Assembly: GCA_033442325.1 (NCBI GenBank)
Contig: JAWQFM010000020.1
Location: forward strand, 290,645-354,644
DNA from: Salpingoeca rosetta
Lineage: Eukaryota; Protista; Choanoflagellata
Length of the DNA: 64,000 nucleotides
Reading direction: 5' to 3'
Shown: positions 30,690 through 42,699 of the stretch, in pieces
Position numbering within the stretch: the stretch's first letter is position 1
Layout: the number at the start of each line of letters is the position of its first letter
Notes under the pieces: model-generated
What the model was told of the DNA's origin: nothing
Database searches by the model: none
Seen by the model: only the letters and a program-made list of their open reading frames with translations
Translations under genes and position numbers: made by a program

Positions 30690-32782
30690 TTGTTCTTGAT
30701 ATTTTGTCTGTGAGCGTAGGGGGAGTGTGCGGCTGCAAAGGCGAACATGTCGCGCCGCTTCTTTGGACGTTCGCGATCAAACTCCGTCAGCAGCTCTGGG
30801 TATGTAGTCTCTTCCCCCTGCCCCCTCTCCCCCATCCGGCCACGTCTTGCCGTTTTGTTTTGGACCTGATGCTGCGTCTCACACGCAAGCTCAGCTTGAT
30901 GTACGTGCACTCTCCATAGTCAATCAACAACGTCACGCCAATAATGCAGCCCTGCACATCCTAACCTTCCAACCCATGCCCGTTGGCTCCGCTTCCTCCT
31001 GTTTTGGTGTTTGATGTGCACGTGTGTCAGGAGCCGGGCATCTGTGCGCGATGTGCTGGTGCGCCGGCTCTCGTTTGGCCGAAACAGCACGTCCAGTGCT
31101 GCCAGCAGCGAGGCCCGCGATTTCTTCATCGACCCCGTCGTCGAAACACCGTGCTCCTCTCTCCGCAATCCAAGCATGCAGGGTGTGTTCATCCGCAGCC
31201 ACGTGCATGCAAGCATCGAGGAGCCACCTCCCCTCGTTCCTTTGTTCTCCCTCTCTTTGTGTTGCTGTGACTCGTTGTTTGGCTGGGCTCACGAAGCTGT
31301 TTATGCAATTGTTAATGGCGGCACGTTGTCATGTGTTTGTGTGCACACGTGCATATGATGCAGGATGGCTGACGAAGCAGGGTGGATCCGGGCTGACGCC
31401 AAAGAACTGGCGACGACGGTGGTTTGTGCTCAAGTCTGGTGCTGTATACTACTACAAAACGCCAGAGGACGCAGTGGTGCGTGAACACGTGTCATCATTG
31501 CCGTGTATACTGCAGCAATGTTGTTGGTGGTGGTGGTCGTGGCGGTGGTCGTGGCACGAGTGATGTGGGGAGTGAGTACCTATGAGTAATGCACGGGGGG
31601 GGGGAAGATGCTCGAGAGAGTTTTGACAGTGAGAGGTGACGGTGCAATGTCCTCAATACTGACTGACACTATCGCTTCTCCTTTGTGTGTGCGCGCGCAC
31701 ACACATGCACACATGCAAACACACGCACACACAACACAGGCGCTTGGCTGCTTCTCTCTTCGCGGATATCTCATCATGCCGCCGCCACCAAAGAAGCACA
31801 TGTACAACAAATTTGGCTTCAAGGTTCGACTTTGCCTATTCCGCTGCACACCAGCGTTCATGCGCACATGTTGATTATTTGTTTGTTTAGTGGATGAAAT
31901 TGGGGCAGGCAGGACAAGAACTGTGGGATGTCGGCGATAGAACCAAGTTCTTGGCGCATGCATGCTCATTTACTGTGCTTGTGTGTGTGTGTGTGTGTTG
32001 TTGTCGCCAGATTTCCCGGGAGGACAAGCGCTCCTACTTCATCTGCGCTGACTCTGCGGAGGAGATGAAGGCCTGGATGAACGCCCTCTCCCTCGCAGCC
32101 ATCCAATACGCCCCGGTACACTGACATGAGTGTGTGTCTGTGTGCCTGTGTGCCTGTGTGCCTGTGTGCCTGTGTGTCTGTGTGAGTATCTGTCTCTCTC
32201 ACTTACACACACATACTCTCTCTCTCTCTCTCTCTGCGGCTGCCACTTGAACAAACACGACCATCTGCTCACATTCGCTCCTCTCATCTCGCCTGTCTTG
32301 TGTTTGCGGACACCGTCGCGACTGCCAGACGGATGGCAGTGACGCCCGCCATGCCTCGCGTGCACACGACGGCGGCCACCACCACCACCATCATCAGCGC
32401 CACCACCCTCATGAGCAGCAGCAGCATCGGCTGGAGGCATCGCACGCACACCACCACCCTTATCATAGCCATCACCATGCTTCGCAGGCGAGCCACGACC
32501 GCCGCCACCAGCTACAGCAGCAGGAGCACAGCGCCCATTCTTCGCCACGAAACAGTCACGACTTGACGGCACATGCGCATGCACACCACCATCGCCACAG
32601 CCATCACCAGTTGGACAGACGCCACACTCCAGAGCACAATCTGATGCAAGGTGCGCCCGATTTCGATCCGCGTGCTCATGTGCTTCGGTCCGTTCCCTTC
32701 ACAACCGGCAGGCCTCATTTTCTCATCAATCATACACACACACATACACACACTCACACACACACTCATACACGCACGCACG

Positions 32783-32863
<81 letters not shown>

Positions 32864-33475
32864 GCACGCACGCACAATAGGTGGGGATCGGAGTGGCGCG
32901 CGACTCAGCAACACGTCTGCACAGTTTGCGTAAGTGTACATTAGCACCGTGCTCGCGATACGTTGAACCTCACTCGCGCGTATGCGCAAGCGGTTCTGTG
33001 TGCGGTTCGAAAGACTTTGCCTCCCTGTTGCTCTGCTCCCCATCTCTGTCACGTCCTTCCCCTTTCTTCCTCTTCCTCTTTCATTTTCGTTTTGTGCATG
33101 AGTCATCACCATCACCTGCGGTTGTTGCGCGCGCTGCTTGATGATTGCGGCCCTGTTGCTTGCTGACCGTGCAGAAACGCACGCGTGTTTGTATCGTGTC
33201 TCTGTGTGTTTCCATGTTGTTGTTCATTTCCAAGTTTTTGTTTGTGCTTTCTTGTTCTCTTCTCTCTCTTGCCTGGCCAGTCTCTTGCGTTCTCTGCTTC
33301 CTTGCGCTCTCGTTGACATTCACAACAGCGAGCGGCAGCTCACATGACGGTTTGACTCGACTGATTTTGCTTGTGTACATGTGCCTCTGTGTGTGTGTGG
33401 GTGTGTGTGTATCTGTGTTGGTTCTGTAGACATCTGGCCTCACAGGATCGCCGCGGATCTGGTCAGCGACAAGCG
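23488..33475 (+). CDS. CNKSR: CNK-like scaffold: SAM, CRIC-like helical region, PDZ, Ig-like insert, two more PDZ, PH, His-rich tail (about 25 exons; 3' end uncertain near a gap)
   Basis: SAM: ISDWGAEEVAIWLRG...LSGAELLQITSQRLAELGVDSVGKR. PDZ1: EPADRTGLLAVGDEIVMLNGQNIIGW. PDZ2: FGFEI...GPAHVEGRLQIGDQIIEVNG. PDZ3: FGLSLIG...IVQVNG. PH: PCSSLRNPSMQGWLTKQGGSGLTPKNWRRRWFVLK...YFICADSAEEMKAWMNAL. Confidence 0.8.
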
Positions 33476-33657
33476 GTGAGATAGTCAATGGTGCTCCTTG
33501 TTGCTTGTAAGCACAGTCTGGGCATGTGTGTGTGTATGTATGTGTGTGTGTGTGTGTGCGCGCGTGTGTATGTGTGTGTGTGTGTGTGTGTGCAGATGGG
33601 TGGGTGCGCGCTTTGAGATGGAGGGTAAATATGTGTCGCACACACACACACACACAC

Positions 33658-33891
33658 NNNNNNNNNNNNNNNNNNNNNNNNNNNNNNNNNNNNNNNNNNN
33701 NNNNNNNNNNNNNNNNNNNNNNNNNNNNNNNNNNNNNNNNNNNNNNNNNNNNNNNNNNNNNNNNNNNNNNNNNNNNNNNNNNNNNNNNNNNNNNNNNNNN
33801 NNNNNNNNNNNNNNNNNNNNNNNNNNNNNNNNNNNNNNNNNNNNNNNNNNNNNNNNNNNNNNNNNNNNNNNNNNNNNNNNNNNNNNNNNNN
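33658..33891. other. Assembly gap
   Basis: N run. Confidence 0.99.
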
Positions 33892-33995
33892 GAAAAAAAC
33901 CAAAATTCTTTCGTCTGCCCCCTGGCTGGGCCTGTTATGTTTTTTGTTGGGAATTTCCCCAGCATATTCGCACACCCCCCCTTCAGGTGGGGAGT

Positions 33996-34091
<96 letters not shown>

Positions 34092-34198
34092 GGGGGGGGC
34101 ATCAGCGCGCACCATCGCTGGTGGGACGCGTGTTATGATCATGGCAACCACGCCGTCCCAACAAAATCCACCACAACAAGCGGCTGTCATTGCAAATG

Positions 34199-34343
34199 TC
34201 AAGCACGACCCAAGGTGCCATCTGTGGTGCGTACGTCATCGTATTCGTAGTCTGCGAGCGGGAGACCGATGGGGATGTAGATGATGAAGAGAATCCAGAT
34301 GATGCACAGCACGGCGAGCTTGAACCTGGCGTTGTTGATTGCT

Positions 34344-34378
<35 letters not shown>

Positions 34379-34826
34379 CATGTACGTGAAACATGAGAAG
34401 TGTAAAACATGCACAACAGAACAATGATACGCGTGACCCCAAGCCCAATGTGCATGTGTGCATGTGTGCATGTGTGTGTGTGTGTTTGTGCTTACTGCTG
34501 TCGTCATCCTTGTGCTTGGCCCGACGATAGTAGACGACAGTGACGATGGTGGTGGCGATGATGCTCAACACGAAGAATAGGATGGCACTGCATCGAGAAC
34601 GTTTGCGATGAACGTGGGTGTCACAAACAATGAGTTCTACTCCCACGCTATCCACACACACGTTCATGCACACACAACAGGAAACGACCACAATCTTACG
34701 CACAACAAACTCTGCACACACACACANNNNNNNNNNNNNNNNNNNNNNNNNNNNNNNNNNNNNNNNNNNNNNNNNNNNNNNNNNNNNNNNNNNNNNNNNN
34801 NNNNNNNNNNNNNNNNNNNNNNNNNN

Positions 34827-34905
<79 letters not shown>

Positions 34906-35916
34906 GGTATAGCCAAGCGCACATGCATGGTCACATTCACAAGCAAACGATCGTGGGCACCTGATGAGGTGGACTGTTGGGTAGTCGAGCGTGTCAAAGA
35001 TGGCGAGGAGAGCAAGACCGATGGCTGCAAGGATCTGCAACACGAGAACAGCTCCGAGCGCAAACCTGAGCATGAAACGGGCCACGCGCACCTCCTCACG
35101 TTAAACTGTTGCGCGATGGGGCGCAGCGATGTTCAAAGCAGCGGGTGTGGGGAGGAGAGTACTGGAACCAACGCCGACAAGGTGCAGTGAGCTTGTCACC
35201 CAGCGTGCGGAGCAGCATCACACATGCACACGTCTTGGATGTGGCGCACTCACTTGACACCCCCAGTAAACTCGTCGTCACTGAAGAGGCTGCGCACATA
35301 CTGAACAACAATCTTCCAGGTCACCACGTAGAACACGGCTGCCACCGTCAGACCTACACGCATGCGTGACACAGTAAGTGTGAGGGGCGACACAAAACAG
35401 AATGAGGAAGCCGCGATGGCGAGGAGAACACACACATACGCACTGGTGATATTGCCACACGAAAGCCATGCCAAGTAAGGAGCGAACACAGTTGGCATGC
35501 CAAGTCAACTGACCGATGGCAAACACGATGTGCTCTGGATCGTCACGTCCCGTGTCGCTCACATACGGCCACCTGGATGTGCGATCGATGAGTGCGTTCG
35601 AATAATCGCGTGAAGAGGCCCGGGGGGGGGTTGGGGAGGATGGAGATTGTGAGATGAGTGGCAGGCACATCACACTGGTGCGGCCGCAGCATGTCCAGTG
35701 GCAGGCACAATGGCAAGCAGAGGATGATGGCAAGCAGAGGATGAGGGATTGGGGCGACGATGGTTGAGTACACAACAAGCAGTGGCGTGCGAGCAGAACG
35801 CACGTGAGGCCGCCCGTGTCATGCCCCAAGGACTGGGAGATGATGAAGCAGAGGATGATGGTGGTGATGGCGATGCCACACGCGATCAGCGGGATTGCCG
35901 CACGAAACCGAGCCAT
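34199..35916 (-). CDS. Frag1/DRAM/Sfk1 (TMEM150-like) multipass membrane protein; last exon(s) probably in or near the adjacent gap
   Basis: MARFRAAIPLIACGIAITTIILCFIIS...WPYVSDTGRDDPEHIVFAIG (PYxSDTG..PE family motif); IFDTLDYPTVHLI; several further TM exons. Confidence 0.82.
34727..34826. other. Assembly gap (100 N) within intronic (CA)n
   Basis: N run. Confidence 0.99.
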
Positions 35917-36165
35917 GCTCCACAATGCGCGCAACACAGGTAGGTGACAGGTGGGGGGAAGACACGCGAAGGGAGCCGAGAGGAGGTGTTGTTGTGTGCA
36001 GAGCTGTTGAGGTGCGTGTGCAGAGGTGTTGAGGTGTTGTTGTGTGAGAGGAGGAGTGCGTGTTGTGGGCGGCGGGAGGACGGCAGTGGATTGTTTCTGC
36101 TGAGTCAGCACTTTTGCGACTGCGCGCATTGCGCACACAACTGCACACAGCGTGATTGATTGAGG

Positions 36166-36467
36166 ATGACGAGCACGGCTGGTCGTGGTGGTGGTGGGCT
36201 GGGGACACCTGCCAGTGTGACTGGTGCTGGCGTGTCTTCCTCTACTTCGCCCCACCCACCAGCGCCGCTGCACTTACAGGGTGCGGCGCAGCCAGTGGAG
36301 GTGGTGGTGGTCGAGAAATATGTGGTGAGGCGCCTCGTGGCCGGCATTGGCGTGGTTGTGGGCATTGCAGGTGCTGTTGCGTTTGGAGCAAACTTTGGTC
36401 ATCGCTGGCAGGTGTGTGTTTGTGCGTGTGGGTGTGGGGGTATGAGTGAGTGTGTGTGTGGGGGTAT

Positions 36468-36507
<40 letters not shown>

Positions 36508-37725
36508 TTGTGTGTGTGGTTGTGTGTGGTTGTGTGTGGTTGTGTGTGAGTGTCAGTGTGTGTGCATGTGTGTGTGTGTCAGTGTGCATGTGTGTCCATG
36601 TGTGTCCATGTGTGTGCATGTTTGCATGTGTTTTTCGTGTTTGCACTTGTGCGTACGCGTCAGGTATGCCCTTGCCCATCGCAGTGCCGTTCTTGCGTGC
36701 AGCTATTCCTTCACCCTCACCCCTCGCATCTCCTGCTTGCTTCATCTGTTGTATCTCATCCGCTTACATATGACCTCCATGGACCAACAGCCTGTGTCGC
36801 TAGCTATACTTCAGGGCATCGTTGCACTCCTCAACTACCTAGGTGAGACCGTGCACTGGTTTGTGTCTGTGTGTGTGTGCCTGCTCTTGTGTGTGTGTGC
36901 GTGTGTACATGTGTGTATGTAGGCTTGCACGTGTATGCGTGTGTGTGATCGGGCGTGGTGCGTGCAATGTGTTGCAGTCCTTACCATGCTTGAGCCTCAC
37001 GACTCCTCCCTTTGCGATTGGATGCATGACGTTTGCTTTGCAGTTGCACACCACAGAAGTAGTCGGGCAAAACAGCGCAGGCAACCAGAGCCGTATCATC
37101 GCGGCCTCAAGCTCGTCGGTGCGTATGAGTGTCTGTGTGTCTGTGTATCTGTCTCTCTGTCTCTCTCTCTCCTTTCACTCTCCTTTCTCTCCCTTCTGCC
37201 TTCTCTCTCTCTCTGTCTCTCTATCTCTCTCTCTGTCTCTCTGTCTGTGTCTGTGTGTCGACACTACCGCTGTTGTTGCACCATGTCCAGTGAAAATGTA
37301 AGTGCCACTGTCAACGAACCACTCTTCACACATTCAGCTGCGGTCTGTGTGCATGTATGGGTATGGTGTGCAGGGCTGGTTGCATTTCTCCTGGGCCTCT
37401 TTGCCCTGGTTGCAGGATTAGGCATGGGTGCGCGCGTGTGCGTGTGCGTGTCTGCATGTGTGTGCGTCTGCCAGCGTGTGCGTGCATGTGTGTGGGTGGG
37501 TGTCAGCGTGTGGGTGTGTGTCCGTCTGTCTGTCAGTGTGTGCGTTTATGTGTGTGTATGTGTATGTTTGTGTGTGTGTGTATGTGTGTGTGTGTCCATG
37601 AGAGAAGCGTGTTCTTCCCGCCATCCCGCTGCTCGTTCTCCTTGTTACACTTTCTGCGCACACACACTCACATGCATACATACGCACACTTACATGTGCA
37701 CACATGCACGCACACACACACTCTC

Positions 37726-37771
<46 letters not shown>

Positions 37772-37967
37772 ATGCACACACGCGCGCGCAGCCATTGAAG
37801 AGAAGCAGAAGCTGACTGGGTCCAGTAGTTACATTGACGCGGTGTGGGGATTCCTGTTGGCGAAATGGGGCATCATCAGCTGGGTGTTTGCCGAGCATTT
37901 GAATCTGCTTGATGCGAAGAGACAAACCGCATACACGCCACTCATCGCACGACCGGCCGACGTCTAG
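36166..37967 (+). CDS. SLC48A1: HRG1/SLC48A1-like four-TM heme transporter (5 exons)
   Basis: Exons at about 36166-36411, 36791-36842, 37044-37118, 37373-37427 and 37792-37967 give [19 protein letters not shown]...[17 protein letters not shown]...[13 protein letters not shown]...[37 protein letters not shown]. The AI...Q.L...S.Y...VW.F...KW pattern is typical of HRG family TM4. Confidence 0.78.
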
Positions 37968-38691
37968 GCCACGACCTACCACCAGCAGCAGCGGCACCAC
38001 ACCACAGCAACAACAACCAACGAAACCCCTCGCACCCATTCATTACCAACGATTGCAGCAGCGGCAGCAGAGTAGCTCTTCCTCCCTCTCCCCCCTCCCA
38101 CCAACATACCGTTTCATTTTTTATGCCACCCTCGTCATGTCACATCATCATCACGCGTTTGCGTTGCGTTCTTGCGTTCGCTGCCACCAAGGCACGCTCG
38201 TGCACGCTGTGTCTAAACGTGTGCCTTGTGTCATTCAGTCCCTTTCCTTTCCATTCATTCTTTCGTTCGCGCTGTCGTTTCAGATTTGGAGTTTGTGTTG
38301 CTTGTTGTTGCTTACTGCAAGGTTGTGCTCCATCACATCATCACATCACCTGCATGGCGTTGCCCTTAATTGCCTGCCGTTCTGCTCGCGTCCTGTTGCC
38401 TTGCTTTCTGCTTGGCTGATTGTTTGATTGGTTGATTGTTGGATTGTTTGATTGTTTGATTGTGTGTTCTCTTGCTGCTGCTGTTGTCGGTGTTGGTGGT
38501 GGTGGTGGTGCTCGTGTAACAGCACAATACAACCTCTCTCTCTGCAGCAGCACAAGGAGGTGGTGTAGGTGGGCCTGTCTGCATGGCACACACACTCACA
38601 ACGCACACACTCACACAACGCACACACACACACACACAGACAATCAATTGTGTCGCCACCACACACACGCGCACAACGCACCTGATTCCGC

Positions 38692-39475
38692 GCCAATCAT
38701 GCACGTGATGGCGCGCCTCCAACATGCCAACGTCATGTGACGTGGAACCAAATTTTTGCGAATATCTTCATATGATCTTCTGCGATTCCCACGTCAGAAC
38801 GACAAAAAAATTAACGGGGCGCACGCGAATTTAGCTTTGGTCAGGGCCGATGTTTCGCTTCCCCGATGCTCTCTCCCGCTTGTCCGTTTCAAGCGTTGCC
38901 CCTGACCCACACATACAAGAGCACTCACACACACACACACACACACGCACCATTTTGCACCCGCCGACTTGACTGATTGTGTGAGCTGGCCTGACTTTGA
39001 AAACCCACAAGACGCAAGCAACAAGCCATTTCGCTCACGCAGCCGCCAAAAGCAGCCAATCATCTTTGTCCGTCAATCATCCTTCACTCGCGCCATCTCA
39101 TCTCTCTGCTCATCAACCAAAACCAACCAACCACTGGGTTCGCTCCCACACAAAACCAAACACACACGCACATTTGCCTGCTTCCTCCCCCGCTGCTGCC
39201 ATCAGAGCCCCAAAAAAACCCTAAACACGAGCCAAGGTGAGCGTTTCACAACCGCGTGGTCACAATCTGCAGGCTGCATCACCAAACACCCAGCAGCAGC
39301 CACCACCAACAGCAACCTGCACTTGCACCTTGTTGCCTGTTTGTTCGCCTGTTCATTGTTGTGTTTTGTGGCGGTGCAATTTTTTTTCCTTCGGGGATGA
39401 GTTTTGAACGGCCGTGTTTCTGAACGACGTCACACAACCTCGCACCCTATTTTTTTCGCGTGTCACGCCACGTCA
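38692..39475. promoter_or_regulatory. Cluster of bZIP/bHLH-type motifs upstream of the gene at 40207
   Basis: CCAAT at about 38693, CACGTG 38702-38707, GTCATGTGAC 38732-38741 overlapping TGACGTGG 38738-38745, CCACGTCA at 38789-38796 and 39468-39475. Confidence 0.4.
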
Positions 39476-39895
39476 AGCAGCAACGTGTCATCACCCAGCC
39501 AGCCTTTTTTGCTTGCCTTCACGCGGTTTTCCTTCTGCTCATCTGTTGCCCTTCCTTTGTGTGTGCGTTGGTAGCCTGTTCGGCACCTCCCATAACAATA
39601 ACCACCACCTTGTTCTCTCGCTCTCCACACACTCTCTTGCTTTCTCAACGCCCCAACATTTCTCAATCCCCTGCGATTCGTTTGACCTCCTTTACCGCCT
39701 TCGACACCCTTCCCCCTGTCGTTGTGCTGTTGTGAGTGTGAGCGCCACTTCCACTCCATTCGTTCCCATTCCTTGTTGTCCGTTCCACTTGCCCAATCAC
39801 GCAGCCCTTGTTCATCTCCGCGAATTACTTCCTTTTGGCTGCTTTGCGCGTGCGCATATCAAACGCCAAACGCCAGCCACACGCACAGACGCACG

Positions 39896-39972
<77 letters not shown>

Positions 39973-40206
39973 ACACACACACACACTCTCTCTCTCTCTC
40001 CCTCACACACACACACGCGCGCACATACACACGCGCACATACACTTCTGAGAACGTTGCCTTACCCTCGCCTTTCTCATTCCCCTCTTACACATTGCCTT
40101 TGCCTCCCGATCCATTCCAAACCACCCACCATTTCTCCCCACGCACGCCCTCTCGCCTCCTTGACCTCTCTTTCGACCATCGCTCCATCAACCCCCACTG
40201 CCCGCC

Positions 40207-40795
40207 ATGAGCAGTGCCCCCCACGGAAATCAACCGCCAAACCGTAACATGGGCCCAAGTGCGCCCGGCGCTTTCTTTCAAACCCACGCCACTGCCCCAG
40301 CTGCGTCCACCGCGGACCATCAAGCCCAGCAGCGAGCCGCATGTTTCAACAGCCATGCAGCCCACGACGGCACTGCCACCTNNNNNNNNNNNNNNNNNNN
40401 NNNNNNNNNNNNNNNNNNNNNNNNNNNNNNNNNNNNNNNNNNNNNNNNNNNNNNNNNNNNNNNNNNNNNNNNNNNNNNNNNNNNNNNNNNNNNNNNNNNN
40501 NNNNNNNNNNNNNNNNNNNNNNNNNNNNNNNNNNNNNNNNNNNNNNNNNNNNNNNNNNNNNNNNNNNNNNNNNNNNNNNNNNNNNNNNNNNNNNNNNNNN
40601 NNNNNNNNNNNNNNNNNNNNNNNNNNNNNNNNNNNNNNNNNNNNNNNNNNNNNNNNNNNNNNNNNNNNNNNNNNNNNNNNNNNNNNNNNNNNNNNNNNNN
40701 NNNNNNNNNNNNNNNNNNNNNNNNNNNNNNNNNNNNNNNNNNNNNNNNNNNNNNNNNNNNNNNNNNNNNNNNNNNNNNNNNCCACAATCGCGCGC

Positions 40796-40869
<74 letters not shown>

Positions 40870-40996
40870 TGTTTGGTTTGCCGTGCTTGGCATGTTATGT
40901 CGGTCCCTGTATCGCCCCATCGTATCATGTCGTCGCATTCGCCCACACGACGATCGGTCTCACGCTTTTCCCTCCCTTCGAGCCCCGACCCCCATG

Positions 40997-41073
<77 letters not shown>

Positions 41074-41397
41074 TACTCCCCAACAGCATCTGCGGCAAGT
41101 GCTACAGGTACTGACAACATTCATGGCCATGTTCTGCCTCTGACATTAAAGTCGCGTGCTCGAATCCCCCCCCCCAACACACACACACACTAACATGCTG
41201 CCTAACACTCTTGCGCCCGCTTTTTGCATTTCCTTCTCACACGTGCCACGCTGCCATGTGTTGCCTGTCGGAAACACCAGTGGGCTGTACAACGACATTG
41301 GGAAGCTGACGCAGAACGACCTCCTCCCACTTGACGCCACCCGTCCCGCCGCCGAGACCCTCCCAGAGCGTAAGATGCACGCGCACACACACACACA

Positions 41398-41485
<88 letters not shown>

Positions 41486-42500
41486 GTCTCTGTCTCTCTC
41501 TCTGTCTCTCTCTCCTTCCTCTCCTCGGTCACCGATCTTTGCTTGTTCTTGTGGTGCTTTGCTCTGGTACACGATGGTGCTTTGCTCGCACACCGTTCTC
41601 ATTTCGCACACGTTTGCGTTTGTTTGTCTTCTCAGAGTTCCGGAGGCTTCCGCGCGGCTGCAAGAACGACTACAACTGCCCACGATCGGCCTATCACGTC
41701 AACCTCCCACAAAGTAAGACCGGACACGATATCACATGGGCACGGATTGCCGCCTTTCCGCAACACTGTAGCTCGCGCGCCCACTGCTATTCGTTGCCCG
41801 GCCTTGCGTCCCCCCCCCCCCACACACACACACTTCCCACGACATTGGCCCACAAAGTCCCACCACGAGTCACTACCAACACATTTACCCCTCCCCTTGT
41901 CCAAGTGTCCTCACACGCGTATTCTTCTTCCCAACACGTTGCTCGTTCTTGCCAATGTTTTCGTTCAGCGGAAAAGTGCACACGGTGCCGGAGCGTCGCC
42001 ATCTGTGCAGCTGTGCCCCATTTTGCTCAGTCGCGTGAGTATCTTGCTCTATGCTTGTCCCGCATTGTGTGTCCGTTGCATCATGCGTACTATTGTCGCT
42101 GCCTCGCGTGTGCGCTCACAATGCGCACGCACTCACAATGCACTCACACACACGCACACAACGTCCTCAAAATATGACAACATTTCCGTCATCACTGCCA
42201 CTGCCATCAGAGCTGAACCGGGCCTACAAGAAGGCGGTGACCAAGTACGGGCTCACCCGGTACGCGCCGCTCATCTCCAACGATGACAACGACGACGACC
42301 ATGAGGATGACGATGAGGAGGAGGAGGATGATGAAGAGTACGATGACGTTCATGGTGATGATGATGAGGATGATGATGATGACGACGATGATGAAGATGA
42401 AGGGCGCGGCCAGCTCAAGGGCAAGCAAGGCAGCAGTCACTCCAGCACAGGCACGAGCTACGACGACCTGGATGGCGAGGCTGCTGGTGACGACGACTGA
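40207..42500 (+). CDS. Uncharacterised multi-exon protein with a CxxC microexon and an acidic tail (interrupted by a gap)
   Basis: MSSAPHGNQPP... then a gap. In-frame GT-AG exons ICGKCY (about 41087-41107), SGLYNDIGKL...(41281-41369), FRRLPRGCKNDYNCPRSAYH (41636-41713) and LNRAYKKAVTKYGL...DDDEEEE* (about 42211-42500). Confidence 0.6.
40382..40781. other. Assembly gap (400 N)
   Basis: N run. Confidence 0.99.
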
Positions 42501-42642
42501 TGTGCACACCTCCTCTTCCGCTGTCGTTCTGTCAATCGGATCGCAACATCTCTTTGTCCAGCTCCTGAACCCATCTGCCACCGTCAATCCCTGCTGCTGC
42601 TACTGAAGCAGCTGCAACAGCCAACCAACCAACCAACCAACC

Positions 42643-42699
<57 letters not shown>

